Assembly (NCBI GenBank): GCA_029953675.1
Contig: JAMWBK010000007.1
Location: 620,001-684,000 of the forward strand
DNA: 64,000 bases
From: Rhodosorus marinus CCMP1338
Lineage: Eukaryota > Plantae > Rhodophyta
Direction: 5' to 3'
Positions 23,441 through 35,703 of this stretch are shown in pieces (positions within the stretch are counted from its first letter, which is position 1; every line of letters begins with the position of its first letter). The notes beneath the pieces are model-generated. The model had not been told where the DNA came from and did no database searches. It saw only the letters and a list, made by a program, of their open reading frames with translations. A program made the position numbers and the translations under genes.

Positions 23441-25504
23441 ATGACAATTTCAGGTTTTACTGTACTCGCGTGGATCGCGCTGATTGGAAGCGTGCTAGCG
23501 AGCGCTAGGTTCGATGTTAATCTGAGGGTCGATTTCGGGACTACGCTGAAGACCGGAGGTGTAGAGACGTTTTCGAGAAGACAGTTCATCAATGGGCACG
23601 GAACGTTCAAAGTAGATACGAAGGTCGTTTCTCAGGATATGCTGGATTACATAGTGGATGATCTCCATGTGAGCTTCAGTCGTTCTGCGAAAGGTCCATT
23701 CAGGCACGACGATTACCCGAGCAGGACGGCAAAAGACCAGGTGCAGGAGGATGGCGGAAAGTCTCTTAAAGATAAAGAATGCTCTAAGTGTGCTTATCAA
23801 GAGGAGCTCAGCCATATGAGTGAGCTGAGGGTGCTCACAGATGATCCTTTCGAGCTCCCGGAGATCACTAAGAGCAAAAGCACGCAGTCGACAGCTGTTT
23901 CGTATGCTGGATACTATTTCAGATACTACTTCGACAACAAGTATGTGCCACCGCGTTACTATGAATGCTTCAACGAGCCCATGGTGAAGTACAATAGGCT
24001 CAAGGACAAAGGCGAGAGTCTTCAGCATTATGTCGCGCGCGTCTCCGATCTTTGCACCGACATCTGCAAGAAGTTGAAAGAGCACAGCCCCGAGGTGCTG
24101 GCTGGAGGCCCCGCGAACGCGTACGTTCGGCCTTCATTCAAGAACTTCTCGAATTTTAAGGACAGAATGAAGGTCTATATGGATGCCGCTGCGAAGGGAA
24201 ATTGCCAGAAATTCGTCTCCGAGCACGTCTACAACATTGGTGGCAGTTACGCTGAGGCCAACCTCGACCTCGTCCAGACCTACTCCTCCTGGCTTACAAA
24301 GGACGGTAGGCCACAGCCTTACTTGGTTAGCGAGATGGGACAGTATGTTGCCAGCTGGTACAATCGTGGCGAAGGCTACGCTGCTCCGCCGCTTTCTTCA
24401 AGGGACTTCTCGGTCATGACCGAGGCTATGAAAGTGCTCCAGATGTTGATGAGGGTGCCTGACGGCGTTCCTCAGGTCATCACCTTCCTAAACATGGAGA
24501 CTCAGGACCAGAGGGACATCACGAACGGTAACCCGTACCCGTGGAGCTTGATTGCGGAGAAAAAAAACGGCGATGTGAAGTTCTCAAACCTCATCAAGTA
24601 TTTTGAGCTCCTAAAGGGACTTGATGGTGATTTCGTTTACTCCAGCTCCGACGATATTCAGCTTAGCGTCAACGCCCTCGCAACGAGGAGCAAAGGGTAC
24701 ATCCTTATTCAGAACTTATCATCCAAGGCTGCAAACGTGACTCTGAATTCTCCTTACGGACACGAGCAACTTGAGAAGTATGAGAGAAGGCGTCTTCGGA
24801 TCGAACAAAAGCCCAGAACCTCAGAGGAGAAGGATCAGGGCATCCAGGTCGGCGGGGACCTGTCGTGGAAAACGCTTTCGAAAACAGCTAGCGCTGGAAA
24901 AACGATTTTGTTCCCGGAGAATTTCCAGGTTGAAGCGTACGAGATGACAGTCATCGTGATGCACCTCAAGACTCAATCCCGCAATCTCAGGACCGTTAAG
25001 CGATCCCGGTACTACGCCACGAGCGTCCTTGACCATAAGAACGTGGCAACCAAATTCCCAGCGCCGATCACGAAGCAGGAGAAAGTTCAGTACCTTTTTA
25101 GCGAGCTTCCAAGCTCGCCAGGTGGAGTAGTGGCTATTCGCATAGCCCATTCTCGTCCGGATGGAAAATCGGTCAAGCCCAACGTGTACGTAAACGACGT
25201 TATCGTGAAATCGAGCTCGTTTAGTTATGACGCCGCTGGAGGCTATAGAGAGTTTAGCGACGGTTCCTACTTTGGCGAGTTCATCGTTTACTATGACCTT
25301 GAAGATCTCACCGCCAAGAAAAATCCGAAGGTCTCTGTGATGTACCCCGACAGTGGGGGCTACTCTACCACTGTCGTACTTGAGATAGATGAATGCAGCG
25401 ACTCGTCTTGTTGCGTTCTAGCAAAGCGGTCGACGCAGACGAAATGTGACGGACAATCGGATTCCGGAAAGCTGAGGCCTCAGCCAACGCCAATGCCCAA
25501 GTGA
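23441..25504 (+). CDS. Secreted GH86 beta-porphyranase/beta-agarase homologue
   Basis: 687 aa with signal peptide. From memory of Bacteroides plebeius BpGH86A it aligns end to end: YYECFNEP (acid/base), GGPANAY..F..RMKVYMDAA, SEHVY..GSYAEANLDLVQTYS, PYLVSEMG (nucleophile), KYFELLKGLDG, RSRYYATS.L, RIAHSRP..S.KP.VYVN, MYPDSGGY..TVVLEI. Confidence 0.85.
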   Translation: MTISGFTVLAWIALIGSVLASARFDVNLRVDFGTTLKTGGVETFSRRQFINGHGTFKVDTKVVSQDMLDYIVDDLHVSFSRSAKGPFRHDDYPSRTAKDQVQEDGGKSLKDKECSKCAYQEELSHMSELRVLTDDPFELPEITKSKSTQSTAVSYAGYYFRYYFDNKYVPPRYYECFNEPMVKYNRLKDKGESLQHYVARVSDLCTDICKKLKEHSPEVLAGGPANAYVRPSFKNFSNFKDRMKVYMDAAAKGNCQKFVSEHVYNIGGSYAEANLDLVQTYSSWLTKDGRPQPYLVSEMGQYVASWYNRGEGYAAPPLSSRDFSVMTEAMKVLQMLMRVPDGVPQVITFLNMETQDQRDITNGNPYPWSLIAEKKNGDVKFSNLIKYFELLKGLDGDFVYSSSDDIQLSVNALATRSKGYILIQNLSSKAANVTLNSPYGHEQLEKYERRRLRIEQKPRTSEEKDQGIQVGGDLSWKTLSKTASAGKTILFPENFQVEAYEMTVIVMHLKTQSRNLRTVKRSRYYATSVLDHKNVATKFPAPITKQEKVQYLFSELPSSPGGVVAIRIAHSRPDGKSVKPNVYVNDVIVKSSSFSYDAAGGYREFSDGSYFGEFIVYYDLEDLTAKKNPKVSVMYPDSGGYSTTVVLEIDECSDSSCCVLAKRSTQTKCDGQSDSGKLRPQPTPMPK

Positions 25505-26043
25505 AGCAGTTTCAGGCGCGCGAGGAGCAGCCCGTCCTGAGTCCATCGGCATATCTGCACTCCCAGGCCAGAGACGTCGGGCACAGCCCACTCTTTTCGC
25601 GCACAGCGACATGTGCAAGCGGGCTGCCTAACATCTTAGTGAAAACCCTAACATTAAATTCATTCATTCAATGCTACAAGCGATAGTTTGCCAACCTTCC
25701 TAATATTGACTTTGCTCGGTTGCCCCTAGACATAGCGGCATACGGGATTGAAGTCGGACTTCAGCCTCGTTCATGGAGTATCCCGACACCAAGCACGCGA
25801 CGGCCTAGTCAACACCGTAAGCTCGTCATACGCCGCTGATGGCTGCCTGAATAGACGCAGATGCCACACACCCCAGTATATAAGGCTTTACCGCCAAAGT
25901 GCTCTGAGTTAACAACTTCACCATGGTCGGCATCGCCGTTGCTCAGATGTCCCATGTTTCCATAGAATTTGGAGTCATTCATAAAAACAAATAAAAATTG
26001 AAAGTTCAGAAAGTCATTACACTGGTTTCCCTTCTCCTCTAGC

Positions 26044-26210
26044 AACCTTCCCCCAGCAAGTAGATCAAGATACGGCTTTTAACCAATAATGGTTTGAGAA
26101 AAATCAAAACACAGGCCCGCTCTCCCACCAGAAACCTTTCCCGTGTAAGAATAGATCAAGATACTGCTTTCGACCAATAATGGTAGAAGAAAACTCAAAA
26201 CACAGGCCGC
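26044..26210. repeat. Diverged ~91-bp tandem duplication upstream of the 26587 gene
   Basis: TAGATCAAGATAC..CCAATAATGGT..CAAAACACAGGCC at 26061 and 26152. Confidence 0.8.
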
Positions 26211-26586
26211 GAGTATAAACAAATTCATTCAGTTTTGAACATACCCCGCTTTCGTATGGTTGTTTTTTTTTCTCAGTCTCCAATAAACAGCAAAATTCGT
26301 TCAGTGTGACGCCGTCAAATGTACTCGAGAACAGCAACTCCAAAGCAAAAGACTACACTGAGCTACATCGAAACGAAGCGTGCTAGGTGAAAATAATGCG
26401 CTCCCGTGCTCTTTCACAGGGTTGAGCTTTTCCATCGATGAGTCGTTTTCAACGAGTTCTCCCTCGAGGCGTGCAGGACATAAGTACTAGGGGGCGGGGG
26501 GCAGGATCTGAGACGCTGGTGGGGAAGCTTGAGCAAAGCAAGCTGGTTTCTCGTAGGACTGGTGGTTAAAATATAGGACCGGCAAT

Positions 26587-27831
26587 ATGAGGAACTGTAT
26601 GTTTATGGTTGTTTTAGGGTTTGCTTGTATCTCAACAGTTATCTGCCAACCGTTTTCTGTTATAAACGTGCCCTGTGGGAGTGATGTTCAGAAGGCTATT
26701 GATGACGCTGATCCTGGAGACCGTTTGGTTTTCCGTGGACACTTGAACAACGCTGACATTGTAAACGAGAGGCTTGAAAGCGCTGGGTTCACTGGGTTGC
26801 CGCAACCCCCCCCCCCGCGACGGCCGAGTAGTCTGGAAGAATGCTGCTTTTTCGAGACGGACGAGACCATCTTTGTGAACAAGATCCTCTATATCCGTGG
26901 TCTTTGCCTCAAACTGAAGGCCGGTGTAAAGAGAACGCCCGTTATGGAGGTCACAGCTAATGGAGTCAGGATGGCTTATGTGAGGGCCGTAGGAAACGTC
27001 GGATCTGCAGGAACCGACGAGGGCGGCGCATTGATCGTAGTTTCGGCGAGTTATTTCTCTATGCGTGACAGTACAGTGGATTTTGCCAACGGTGTCGGAA
27101 TTCGGGTTCGCCCGAGCACTGCAACCGTCAGGAATATAAAAATTACACGCGTTGCAGGAGAATACAATCTTGGCTCTCTTGTGTCCCTTGTAGGAAGGGG
27201 TAAAGGGCAAATACTGACGAAACAGGTTACATTGCTAGCCCTCCTCGCTGAAAACGGTACTGAAGGCGGTGTTCTGGAAATTAGGGACGGTGTTGATAAG
27301 GTTGAAGCCACTGATCTGAAGGCGTTCAACTCATTCTCTTGTGTCCAAATACTTGAGAAAGATGACAAGAGGGCAGTAGGCAAGGGGGATATCAAGGTTA
27401 TTGAAGCTCATGCTGTGAGATCTCAGTGGGTCGTCTACGTTGCCGTTGTGAACGATAAATATACTGGGTACTTTGATGGTGTATATGCCACCGAATGTGA
27501 GCAAACTGTCCATGTCGAGGGGGTGAGAGGAAGCACTTTCCATCACGTCATTACAAAGGATCCTACTGGTGGTCGTAAAGCAAATCAGTTCTACATCTCC
27601 AAGTGTAAAGACGTTGGGCTGGCTGGTATAAGATTCCAGCGTGGAGAAAGCAGAACCGCCTTCTACGTCACGAGCTCGAACGACATCCACATGTTCAACG
27701 CCAGGGTGAACTCGGACGACTACAGGTTCGGGATGATCTTCGACGAGAGTTCGCTTACGTATAGCCCGAGGCTGAACCTGACTGAGGTCGACTTCTCCAG
27801 AGCTTCTGTAAGACCGATTAAGTACATCTGA
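26587..27831 (+). CDS. Secreted right-handed beta-helix (pectin-lyase-like fold) protein
   Basis: 414 aa; signal peptide; VPCGSDVQKAIDDA.PGD.L start typical of beta-helix proteins, followed by alternating beta-strand repeats rich in V/I/G/N. Confidence 0.7.
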   Translation: MRNCMFMVVLGFACISTVICQPFSVINVPCGSDVQKAIDDADPGDRLVFRGHLNNADIVNERLESAGFTGLPQPPPPRRPSSLEECCFFETDETIFVNKILYIRGLCLKLKAGVKRTPVMEVTANGVRMAYVRAVGNVGSAGTDEGGALIVVSASYFSMRDSTVDFANGVGIRVRPSTATVRNIKITRVAGEYNLGSLVSLVGRGKGQILTKQVTLLALLAENGTEGGVLEIRDGVDKVEATDLKAFNSFSCVQILEKDDKRAVGKGDIKVIEAHAVRSQWVVYVAVVNDKYTGYFDGVYATECEQTVHVEGVRGSTFHHVITKDPTGGRKANQFYISKCKDVGLAGIRFQRGESRTAFYVTSSNDIHMFNARVNSDDYRFGMIFDESSLTYSPRLNLTEVDFSRASVRPIKYI

Positions 27832-27974
27832 GCATAGCTGAGCGTAGTGACAGTCAGTTTATATCGACAATCTTTCCGAGAACAGGGAATTTTGAATAAA
27901 CCTGACCAACCAATCTATATATCTGAAATGGGGGCAAAAGCGTATCTGAAGTAGCTCAGCACTGAGACGGAGTG

Positions 27975-30517
27975 AAGCAGCGAGCGACGAGTTCCTTATT
28001 CTGTAATCAACCGACTTCCAGCCAAAACGAGACCCGGGCCCAGCGGACTGCGAGCAGAGCATCTCCACGCCGTTACACCTGCGAATAAGCCCAGATCGGT
28101 TAAATTCCTGCGACTCCTAGCGAGGAACCACTGAGTCGTTCCCGCCAATACTTCGGCAGGCCCTTCGCAGCAACCAGTTGCTTCCGTTTATCAAACCACA
28201 AGCAGAAGTAGTGGCGACTGAGGGACGCCTCCGACTGAGACCGATTGCCGTTCCAGAAGTTCTGCGCAAGGTCTTTGCAGAGACTTTCAGATCTTCAGTT
28301 GGGGTTACAAGGTCGCTGCGCAGTGGGTACTTGGCGGAATCTCCGGTCGACTGAGCGACTTCCTCGCTCCGGAACAGCTGGGGATTGCCGTTCGGAGCGG
28401 ATGCGAACAAGCGTTACATGCAGTACAGGCCCACCTCTATTGCGAACCACAACACGCCTTGCTAAAACTGGACCTGGAGAATGCATTCAATAGGATTGAC
28501 AGACGACTGGCGGCGCAAGTTGCCGCGGCTTCGTTTCCAGAGGTACTACCTATCTTCCAGCTCGCTTACGGCTCATGTGCGAATGAGGCTCCCATGCAGT
28601 TCGGATGGACAGAAATCGACGAAAGCGCTCGGAGAGTCAAAGACAGGCTTTATCTGAGAGCAAGCACTGGCGTTAAACAAGGAGACCCCGTGGGACCCGT
28701 ACTTAACGCGCTCGCCCTGGCCCAGTTCCTTCGGGCCCTGCGCCGCAAGTTCCCAGAACTGCCGCTGGCGGCAGTACACGACGACATTTCTCTGGTGGGT
28801 GATTTAAATGTGCTGAAAAGTGCCCTAAATTGGAGTGAAGATGCACTAATAGGGATAGGAGCGCAGCTACAGCGATCCAAATGCCTCATCTACAAACCGA
28901 GACTGGACACACCACGTAGGATAAATGTGGATATTCCGGACATTCAGGTGACGCGCGAGGGGGCTACCTGTACTCTATTTCCATTGGAAGGCGCGAATAC
29001 GCGACTGTGACCTGCAGGACCATCCAAATACGTCATGCAAAGCTCTTGAACGCTCTTCAAAGTCTCCCAGAGTCCGAATTGCTAAGCTAGCGATTTTCCG
29101 ATACTGTGCGGGAACGCGACTTGACTACCATACAGGGGGCTGGTGTATCCACTGCGCCGGACCACCGCCAGGGAAGCCGACGGCATCACCCTTGCAGAGC
29201 TGGAAGTATTATGTGGAGGACTGAGACACCATCAAGCCATCACCGGATTTGAGGCAAACGTGGTGGAGGAGCAGATTCGACTGCCATGCCGATAGGGAAG
29301 GCTTGGGTTTGCTATGCGGACTAGGATTCAACTGGTCGGTTTTCACGCTGGATGGAAGCAGAGTCTTCAGGAGAATATCAGTCAGTCCTGTTACCTTAGG
29401 CGGCTAGTTTTGGACTGTATTTCGCATGCGGATGGACATCAGCGGCATAAGATCAATATGCAGCGGACCACGGACGATATGGCGGTGTAACTTGTAGCGG
29501 CAAGTCATACCGTACAGAGGAGGCTATCACCAACGACGAGTGCACGGATCAAGAGCCTAGCGGAATGGCAGCCATTAGCAGACTGTGGAAGAGGCACTGA
29601 GACGGATCCGACGAGTTCCCGAGGATATGACGGTCCCATTCAAAAAACGCTCTCTCGAGAGTGCCACCGTCACGCCTTCGAGATACTCACGGAGGATGCC
29701 ACTGTGGAGGACGTAGACAGGGTAAGAATCCGGTCGGCGGCAGGGACGGGTTGTGGCGTATGGCTACGAGACTGCCCTAACGTGGGTCCGCGGAAATTGA
29801 GTCGGGAAGAGATGATCTGGAGCTGAGGATGCTTCTGGGGCTACCACTACCTGGCCTAGGCCGGTCATACACTGGCACAGTCTGCGAGCAACCACACGAT
29901 GTGCGTGGGATCCAGCGACTGCACCACTGCAGGACGTCATCGGGGATGCGAACAAAGAGGTACGATGAGCTGAAAGTCGAACTGAGTCGATGGTTACACC
30001 TATGGAATTTCACAGAGATAGTAGTAGAGCTCAGGGGTTCTTTGCTGGGTCCGGAATTCGACCCGATATTGTAGCACGGCACCCGATGAGTGGTTGCGTG
30101 TACGTGATGGACGTGATGGTAACATCGCCACTTCAAAGGCATGAGTTGAGACATACGAGCTGGAGTTGCGGATATGCTGCGAAACAAGCAGAACAAGCGA
30201 AGGCTTTGCGCTATAAAGAAGTGCTGAGGGTGGAAAACCGAGACCTCGTTTTTGTGCCGTTCATTTTAGAGACTTTTGGTCGAATGGCGAGGCAAGCCTT
30301 GAATTTCTTCGCATAGGGACGGCGCATCTGCATGATCGTGACTCCCATCCGTCGTCGGTGAGGGGTCAATTAAATCAGATCCTGTGGCAGTATAATGCTG
30401 CGCTAGTTGAGCATGCGATCGAGAAAGATCGCGCAGATAGAACAATATTTCCCTTGAGTAGAACTTAGATGAGATCCCTGGACAGAGGGTCTAAGTAGAG
30501 TTACGTTAGTTTGGGGT
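27975..30517 (+). mobile_element. 5'-truncated CRE-clade element, family C (RT, RLE, partial tail), copy X
   Basis: RPIAVPEVLRK, GIAVRSGCE, LKLDLENAFNRIDR, GVKQGDPVGP, AVHDD (CRE-type RT); RPDIV..VMDVMV..FVPFILETFG (RLE); frameshifted. Confidence 0.9.
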
Positions 30518-31216
30518 CACCCCATAGCCTTTATTCGGCAGCTACCTACTGCAGCGCAATACCACTACTATACGTTCGCTCTAAAATTATTTAGACCTCC
30601 TGTCCAGGGGTCTCATCTTCTACTCAAGGGAAATATTGTTCTATATGCGCGATCTTTCTCGATCGCATGCTCAACTAGCGCAGCATTATACTGCCACAGG
30701 ATCCGATTTAATTGACCCCTCACCGACGACGGATGGGAGTCACGATCATACAGATGCGCCGTCCCTCTGCGAAGAAATTCAAGGCTTGCCTCGCCATTCG
30801 ACCAAAAGTCTCTAAAATGAACGGCACAAAAACGAGGTCTCGGTTTTCCACCCTCAGCACTTCTTTATAGCGCAAAGCCTTCGCTTGTTCTGCTTGTTTC
30901 GCAGCATATCCGCAACTCCAGCTCGTATGTCTCAACTCATGCCTTTGAAGTGGCGATGTTACCATCACGTCCATCACGTACACGCAACCACTCATCGGGT
31001 GCCGTGCTACAATATCGGGTCGAATTCCGGACCCAGCAAAGAACCCCTGAGCTCTACTACTATCTCTGTGAAATTCCATAGGTGTAACCATCGACTCAGT
31101 TCGACTTTCAGCTCATCGTACCTCTTTGTTCGCATCCCCGATGACGTCCTGCAGTGGTGCAGTCGCTGGATCCCACGCACATCGTGTGGTTGCTCGCAGA
31201 CTGTACAAGTGTATGA

Positions 31217-32281
31217 ACGGACGAGAGCCGATCCAGATTTCGGAGGGGGCTGTTATGGGGACGAACTGAGGCGCTTGAGGACTCTCCCATCGACAGAGTA
31301 TCGCCGACGAGGGGGAAGCTAGCCCTGGGTCACCGGTTGCCGATTACCAGGGCCTGAGCCGATTGTGGAGCTCGCGCACTGATGTGATACAACATAGCCT
31401 CACCTGGGGCCAACACAGTGCCACTCACGCAATCTGGCTCAACTCTCCACTCACACCGCCTACCACCGCCGCTCGCCTCCGCGGCATGGGAGGCCATCTT
31501 TCACATTTGTGGTTAACGACCCTGCCGTCATCACTGGGTCACCGTCTGGATGCCTTCCAGTTTCGCGGTGCCGCACGGATTTACCTGGGTTTGCCACAAG
31601 CTCCTTGGCACTCTAATCGGCCGTCTTTCTGTCAAGGATGTGAGAGTCGGATCGATGCTTGTGGTTACCATTTCTTAGGTTCATGCGGACTGTTGAGAGG
31701 TATTCGTACGAGGCGTCGCACTCGCTTCAAGTGCATTCTCAGCGAATGTCTGACTCGGGTAGGGCATACGGTTGAGGTGGAATCGGAACTACCCAGATCG
31801 GTCTCGGATAGGGCACCGCCCCGCTGTATCGCAGATCTCCTCGTCTCCGATGCTGCCGCCAGACGCTCAGCTTGTGTTGACCTCGCGATTACATGCCCTG
31901 TGGCAAGCGCCCATCTCACGGCTGCCGTCCGTCGCCGGGGAGCAGCTGCTTCGGCCCTTCGCCGCGTGAAGGAACGACGGTATGCTGAGAGTATGACCAG
32001 CCTGCCTTGCGCTGAGGGTCGCTCCCACCGGTTCCAGCCTTTCATTTTGCAAAGCTTCGGTCACGTGGAGAAGTCGGGTTTGGAGTGGTTGCGGAAATAT
32101 TTCACTGAGCATCCTCTTGAAAACTTGGAGCTTTTACGGCGCTTAAGTGTCTCTCTGTGCCGATATTCGAGCAGCATGCTTGCCGAGGCGCGCCATCGGC
32201 GCCTGGGTTTGCACGCTTCCCTACCTAGTTCTTAGTTCCTTTCAACGGTTTGCGTGGCGCTGTAGGCTATGCTAATAAAGC
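31217..32281 (+). mobile_element. 5'-truncated CRE family B element nested in copy Y, 11-bp TSD
   Basis: 290-aa ORF 31363-32235 with CxxC..H..C knuckle and IADLLV..VDLAI / FILQSFG RLE motifs; flanked by CAAGTGTATGA at 31206-31216 and 32282-32292. Confidence 0.9.
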
Positions 32282-35229
32282 CAAGTGTATGACCGGCCTA
32301 GGCCAGGTAGGGGTAGCCCCAGAAGCATCCTCATGCTCCAGATCATCTCATCCAGACTCAATTTCCGCGGACCCACGTTAGGGCAGTCTCGTAGCCATAC
32401 GCCACAACCCGTCCCTGCTGCCGACCGGATTCTTGCCCTGTCTAAGTCCTCCACCATTGCATCCTCCGTGAGTATCTCGAAGGCATGACGGTGGCACTCT
32501 CGAGAGAGCTTTTTTTGAATGGGACCGTCATATCCTCGGGAACTCGTCGGATCCGTCTCAGTGCCTCTTCCACAGTCTGCTAATGGCTGCCATTCCGCTA
32601 GGCTCTTGATCCGTGCACTCGTCGTTGGTGATAGCCTCCTCTATACGGTATGACTTGCCGCTACAAGTTGCACCGCCATATCGTCCGTGGTCCACTGCAT
32701 ATTGATCTCACACCGCTGATGTCCATCCGCAAGCTAAATACAGTCCAAAAGTAGCCGCCTAAGGTAACAGGACTGAGTGATATTCTCCTGTAGACTCTGC
32801 TTCCACCCAGCGTGAAAACCGACCGGCTCAATCCTCGTCCGCATAGCAAACCCAAGCCTTCCCCATCGGCATGGCAGTCGAATCTGCTCCTCCACCACGT
32901 TTGCCTCAACTCCGGTGATGTCTTGATGGTTTCTCAGTCCTCCACATAAGCCTTCCACTTCTGTAAGGGTGATGCCGTCGGCTTCCCTGGCGGTGGTCCG
33001 GCCCAGTGGATACGCCAGCCCCCTGTATGGTAGTCAAGTCGCGTTCCCGCACAGTATCGGAAAATCGCTAACTTGAAGTGCAATTCGGACTCTGGGAGAC
33101 GTTGAAGTGCGTTAACGAGCTTTGAATGACGTGTTTGGATGGTCCTGCATGTTGCCTCCGCGTATTGGCGCCTTCCAATGGGAATAGAGTACAGGGTAGT
33201 CCCCTCGCGCGTCACCTGAATGTCCGAATATCCACATTTATTCTACGTGGTGTGTCCAGCCTCGGTTCGTAGATGAGGCATTTGGATAGCTGTAGCTTCG
33301 CTCCTATCCCGATTAGTGCCTCTTCACTCCAATTTAAATCACTTTTAAGCACGTTTAAATCACCCACCATAGTAATGTCGTCGTGAACTGCTGCCAGCGT
33401 CAGTTCTGGGAACTCGCGTCGCACGGCCCGAAGGAACGGGGCCAGGGCGAGCGCGTTAAGTACGGGTCCCACGGGGTCTCCTTGTTTAACGCCAGTGCTT
33501 GCTCTCAGATAAAGCCTGTCTTTGACTCTCCGAGCGCTTTCGTCGATTTCTGTCCATCCGAACTGCATGGGAGCCTCATTCGCACATGAGCCGTAAGCGA
33601 GCTGGCACATAGGTAGTACCTCTGGAAACGAAGCCGCGGCAACCTGCGCCGCCAGTCGTCTTTCAATCCTATTGAATGCATTCTCCAGGTCCAGTTTTAG
33701 CAAGGCGTGTTGTGGTTCGCAGTAGAGGTGGGCCTGTACCGCGTGTAACGCTTGTTCGCATCCGCTCCGAACGGCAATCCCCAGCTGTTCCGGAACGAGG
33801 AAGTCGCTCAGTCGACCGGAGATTCCGCGAAGTACCCACTGCGCAGCGACCTTGCGCAGAACTTCTGGAACGGCAATCGGTCTCAGTCGGAGGCGTCCCT
33901 CAGCCACCACTCCTTCTGCTTGTGGTTTGATAAACGGAAGCAACCGGTTGCTGCCAAGGGCCTGCCGAAGTATGGACGGGAACGACTCAGGGTTCCTCGC
34001 TAGGAGTCGCGGGAATTTAACCAATCTGGGCTTATTCGCAGGTGTAACGGCGTGGAGGTGCTCTGCTCGCAGTCCGCTGGGCCCGGGTCTCGTTTTGACT
34101 GGAAATCGGTTGATCACAGAGAGTAGGGACTCGTCGCTCGCTGCTTGGGGGTTCCACACTCGTGGAGGGTGTGTGTTGGCTTGTTCGCGGATACGTCGGA
34201 GGTCCAATTCCACTTCCTCGTGTAGCGGTGTTGTTGGCTCGGCGGGGAAAAGCTCCCGGAGAGCCTGCCAGGTAGATGGTTTCAGAGGGACGAGATCCGT
34301 TGCCTAAAGTCTCTGGGCTGCGGCAGAAAGTCGTCCAACGTTGGCCAACCGAATTACTTGCGCATTGCGACGTTTTTCCCCATGGCGATCTGCCCGTCGC
34401 GCTCGTCCAGAGGGTCGGCACGCTGCCTTCGCGTTGAGTGCCGCCCATAGTTGTGAAAATTCCCCTTCCATAAGATGCTCAACTTGCACTCCTGGCTGGA
34501 GATCGCACTTTCCGAGGGCGAGACCCGGTAATACCATGATGAAAGCGCGAAGAAGAGGATCAGCATCAGGGTCGAGGGCAAATCCCAAAGCTTGGTGCAG
34601 AAGCGTGTTCCATTTCTTAACCCGGGCATTCGGCACATATTCCCGAGTCCCTACTGGACTGTGGGTAACTTTGCACCAACTGTGTCCGCCATCGGTGTGC
34701 GTCTCTAGGAACTGTAGCAGTTTGTGCTACCATGCCCCTGGGTCGGATGTGATCAAAGGTGTGATGCGCAGTCCCTCCCGGGAGTCACCTGCACTCATAT
34801 CTGTTCGCGAGGTGGTGTGGAATGAGTCTCTGGTCGGCCTGTTGGTGCAGTGTTGCCCTATGGAGCCTCTGCGGCTGCCGGAGTCATCTCGGTATCCTGG
34901 CCTGTGCCATCAGTGGATACTCGCGACCGCTCGTGTTGAGGAGGGTCGGGCAGGTTGCAGGGGAGCTCTGCATGAGGGTTATCCTGGGGTGCATCTTCTT
35001 CAGGTACTTGGGAAGTGGCTAGGGGATTACCCGGAGCTTGGACTGTCCCACGGGCTGCCTGTGCGTCCCCTGTAAAGGACGAGGCTTCAGGGTCTGCGTT
35101 CGTGGCGGCTGCAGGCGCTGGGGGTTCCGCGCTCTCTCCGGGTGCTGTGTTAAGATATTCCAGTCGTGCGTCCAGACACGCATGTATCGAGGCAAACTTC
35201 GCGAACGGAAGAGCCCGCATATTCATCGT

Positions 35230-35293
35230 GCGCTTGATTCGTTCCACCTGTTCAATAGCGCGCGCTTGATTCGTTCCACCTGTTCAATAGCGC
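35230..35293. repeat. 32-bp tandem duplication inside CRE ORF1
   Basis: GCGCTTGATTCGTTCCACCTGTTCAATAGCGC occurs twice in tandem. Confidence 0.9.
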
Positions 35294-35703
35294 GGGCGAG
35301 GGTCCGTCATGCGACTGCTTCCGGGAGCAGGCCGAGTCTCTCGTTGTGCCCAAGCAGGTTCCGGGGTTCGGGCTCGAGACTCGTGTGCACCGTCACTTGG
35401 TGGTCGTGACGGCGCTGTGCGAACGATGCGAACACTCCGGTGCGAAAGACTCCCCTCGCTATGGCACTACTGATGAATGGGATGGCATCCGGGTAGCAGA
35501 TGAGCAGCGCGTGTGTGACCACAAATTCAATGTGCGCGATCAAGCGTACCGGGAGTCCCAGATCCGTGCATAGGACCTTCTTGTAGTCTGACAGCGCCAC
35601 CTGCGCGGCCTAACATTCCGCAGGGTTGCCAATACCGGATGGGTTTCCGGGCCCCATCTACTGCCTCCTCCCGTCGCATGCAGTTGGCGCAGCGCAGTTT
35701 GTT

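Larger units (their letters stand above)
30518..35703 (-). mobile_element. CRE family C element, copy Y (ORF1 part, RT, RLE, full tail), interrupted by a family B insertion
   Basis: Inverted near-identical copy of 27975-30495 plus additional upstream sequence. RT ORF 33212-34213, RLE ORF 30720-31091; ORF1 homologous to 52097-52870, with RCxxC..RYWxPC motif. Confidence 0.9.
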
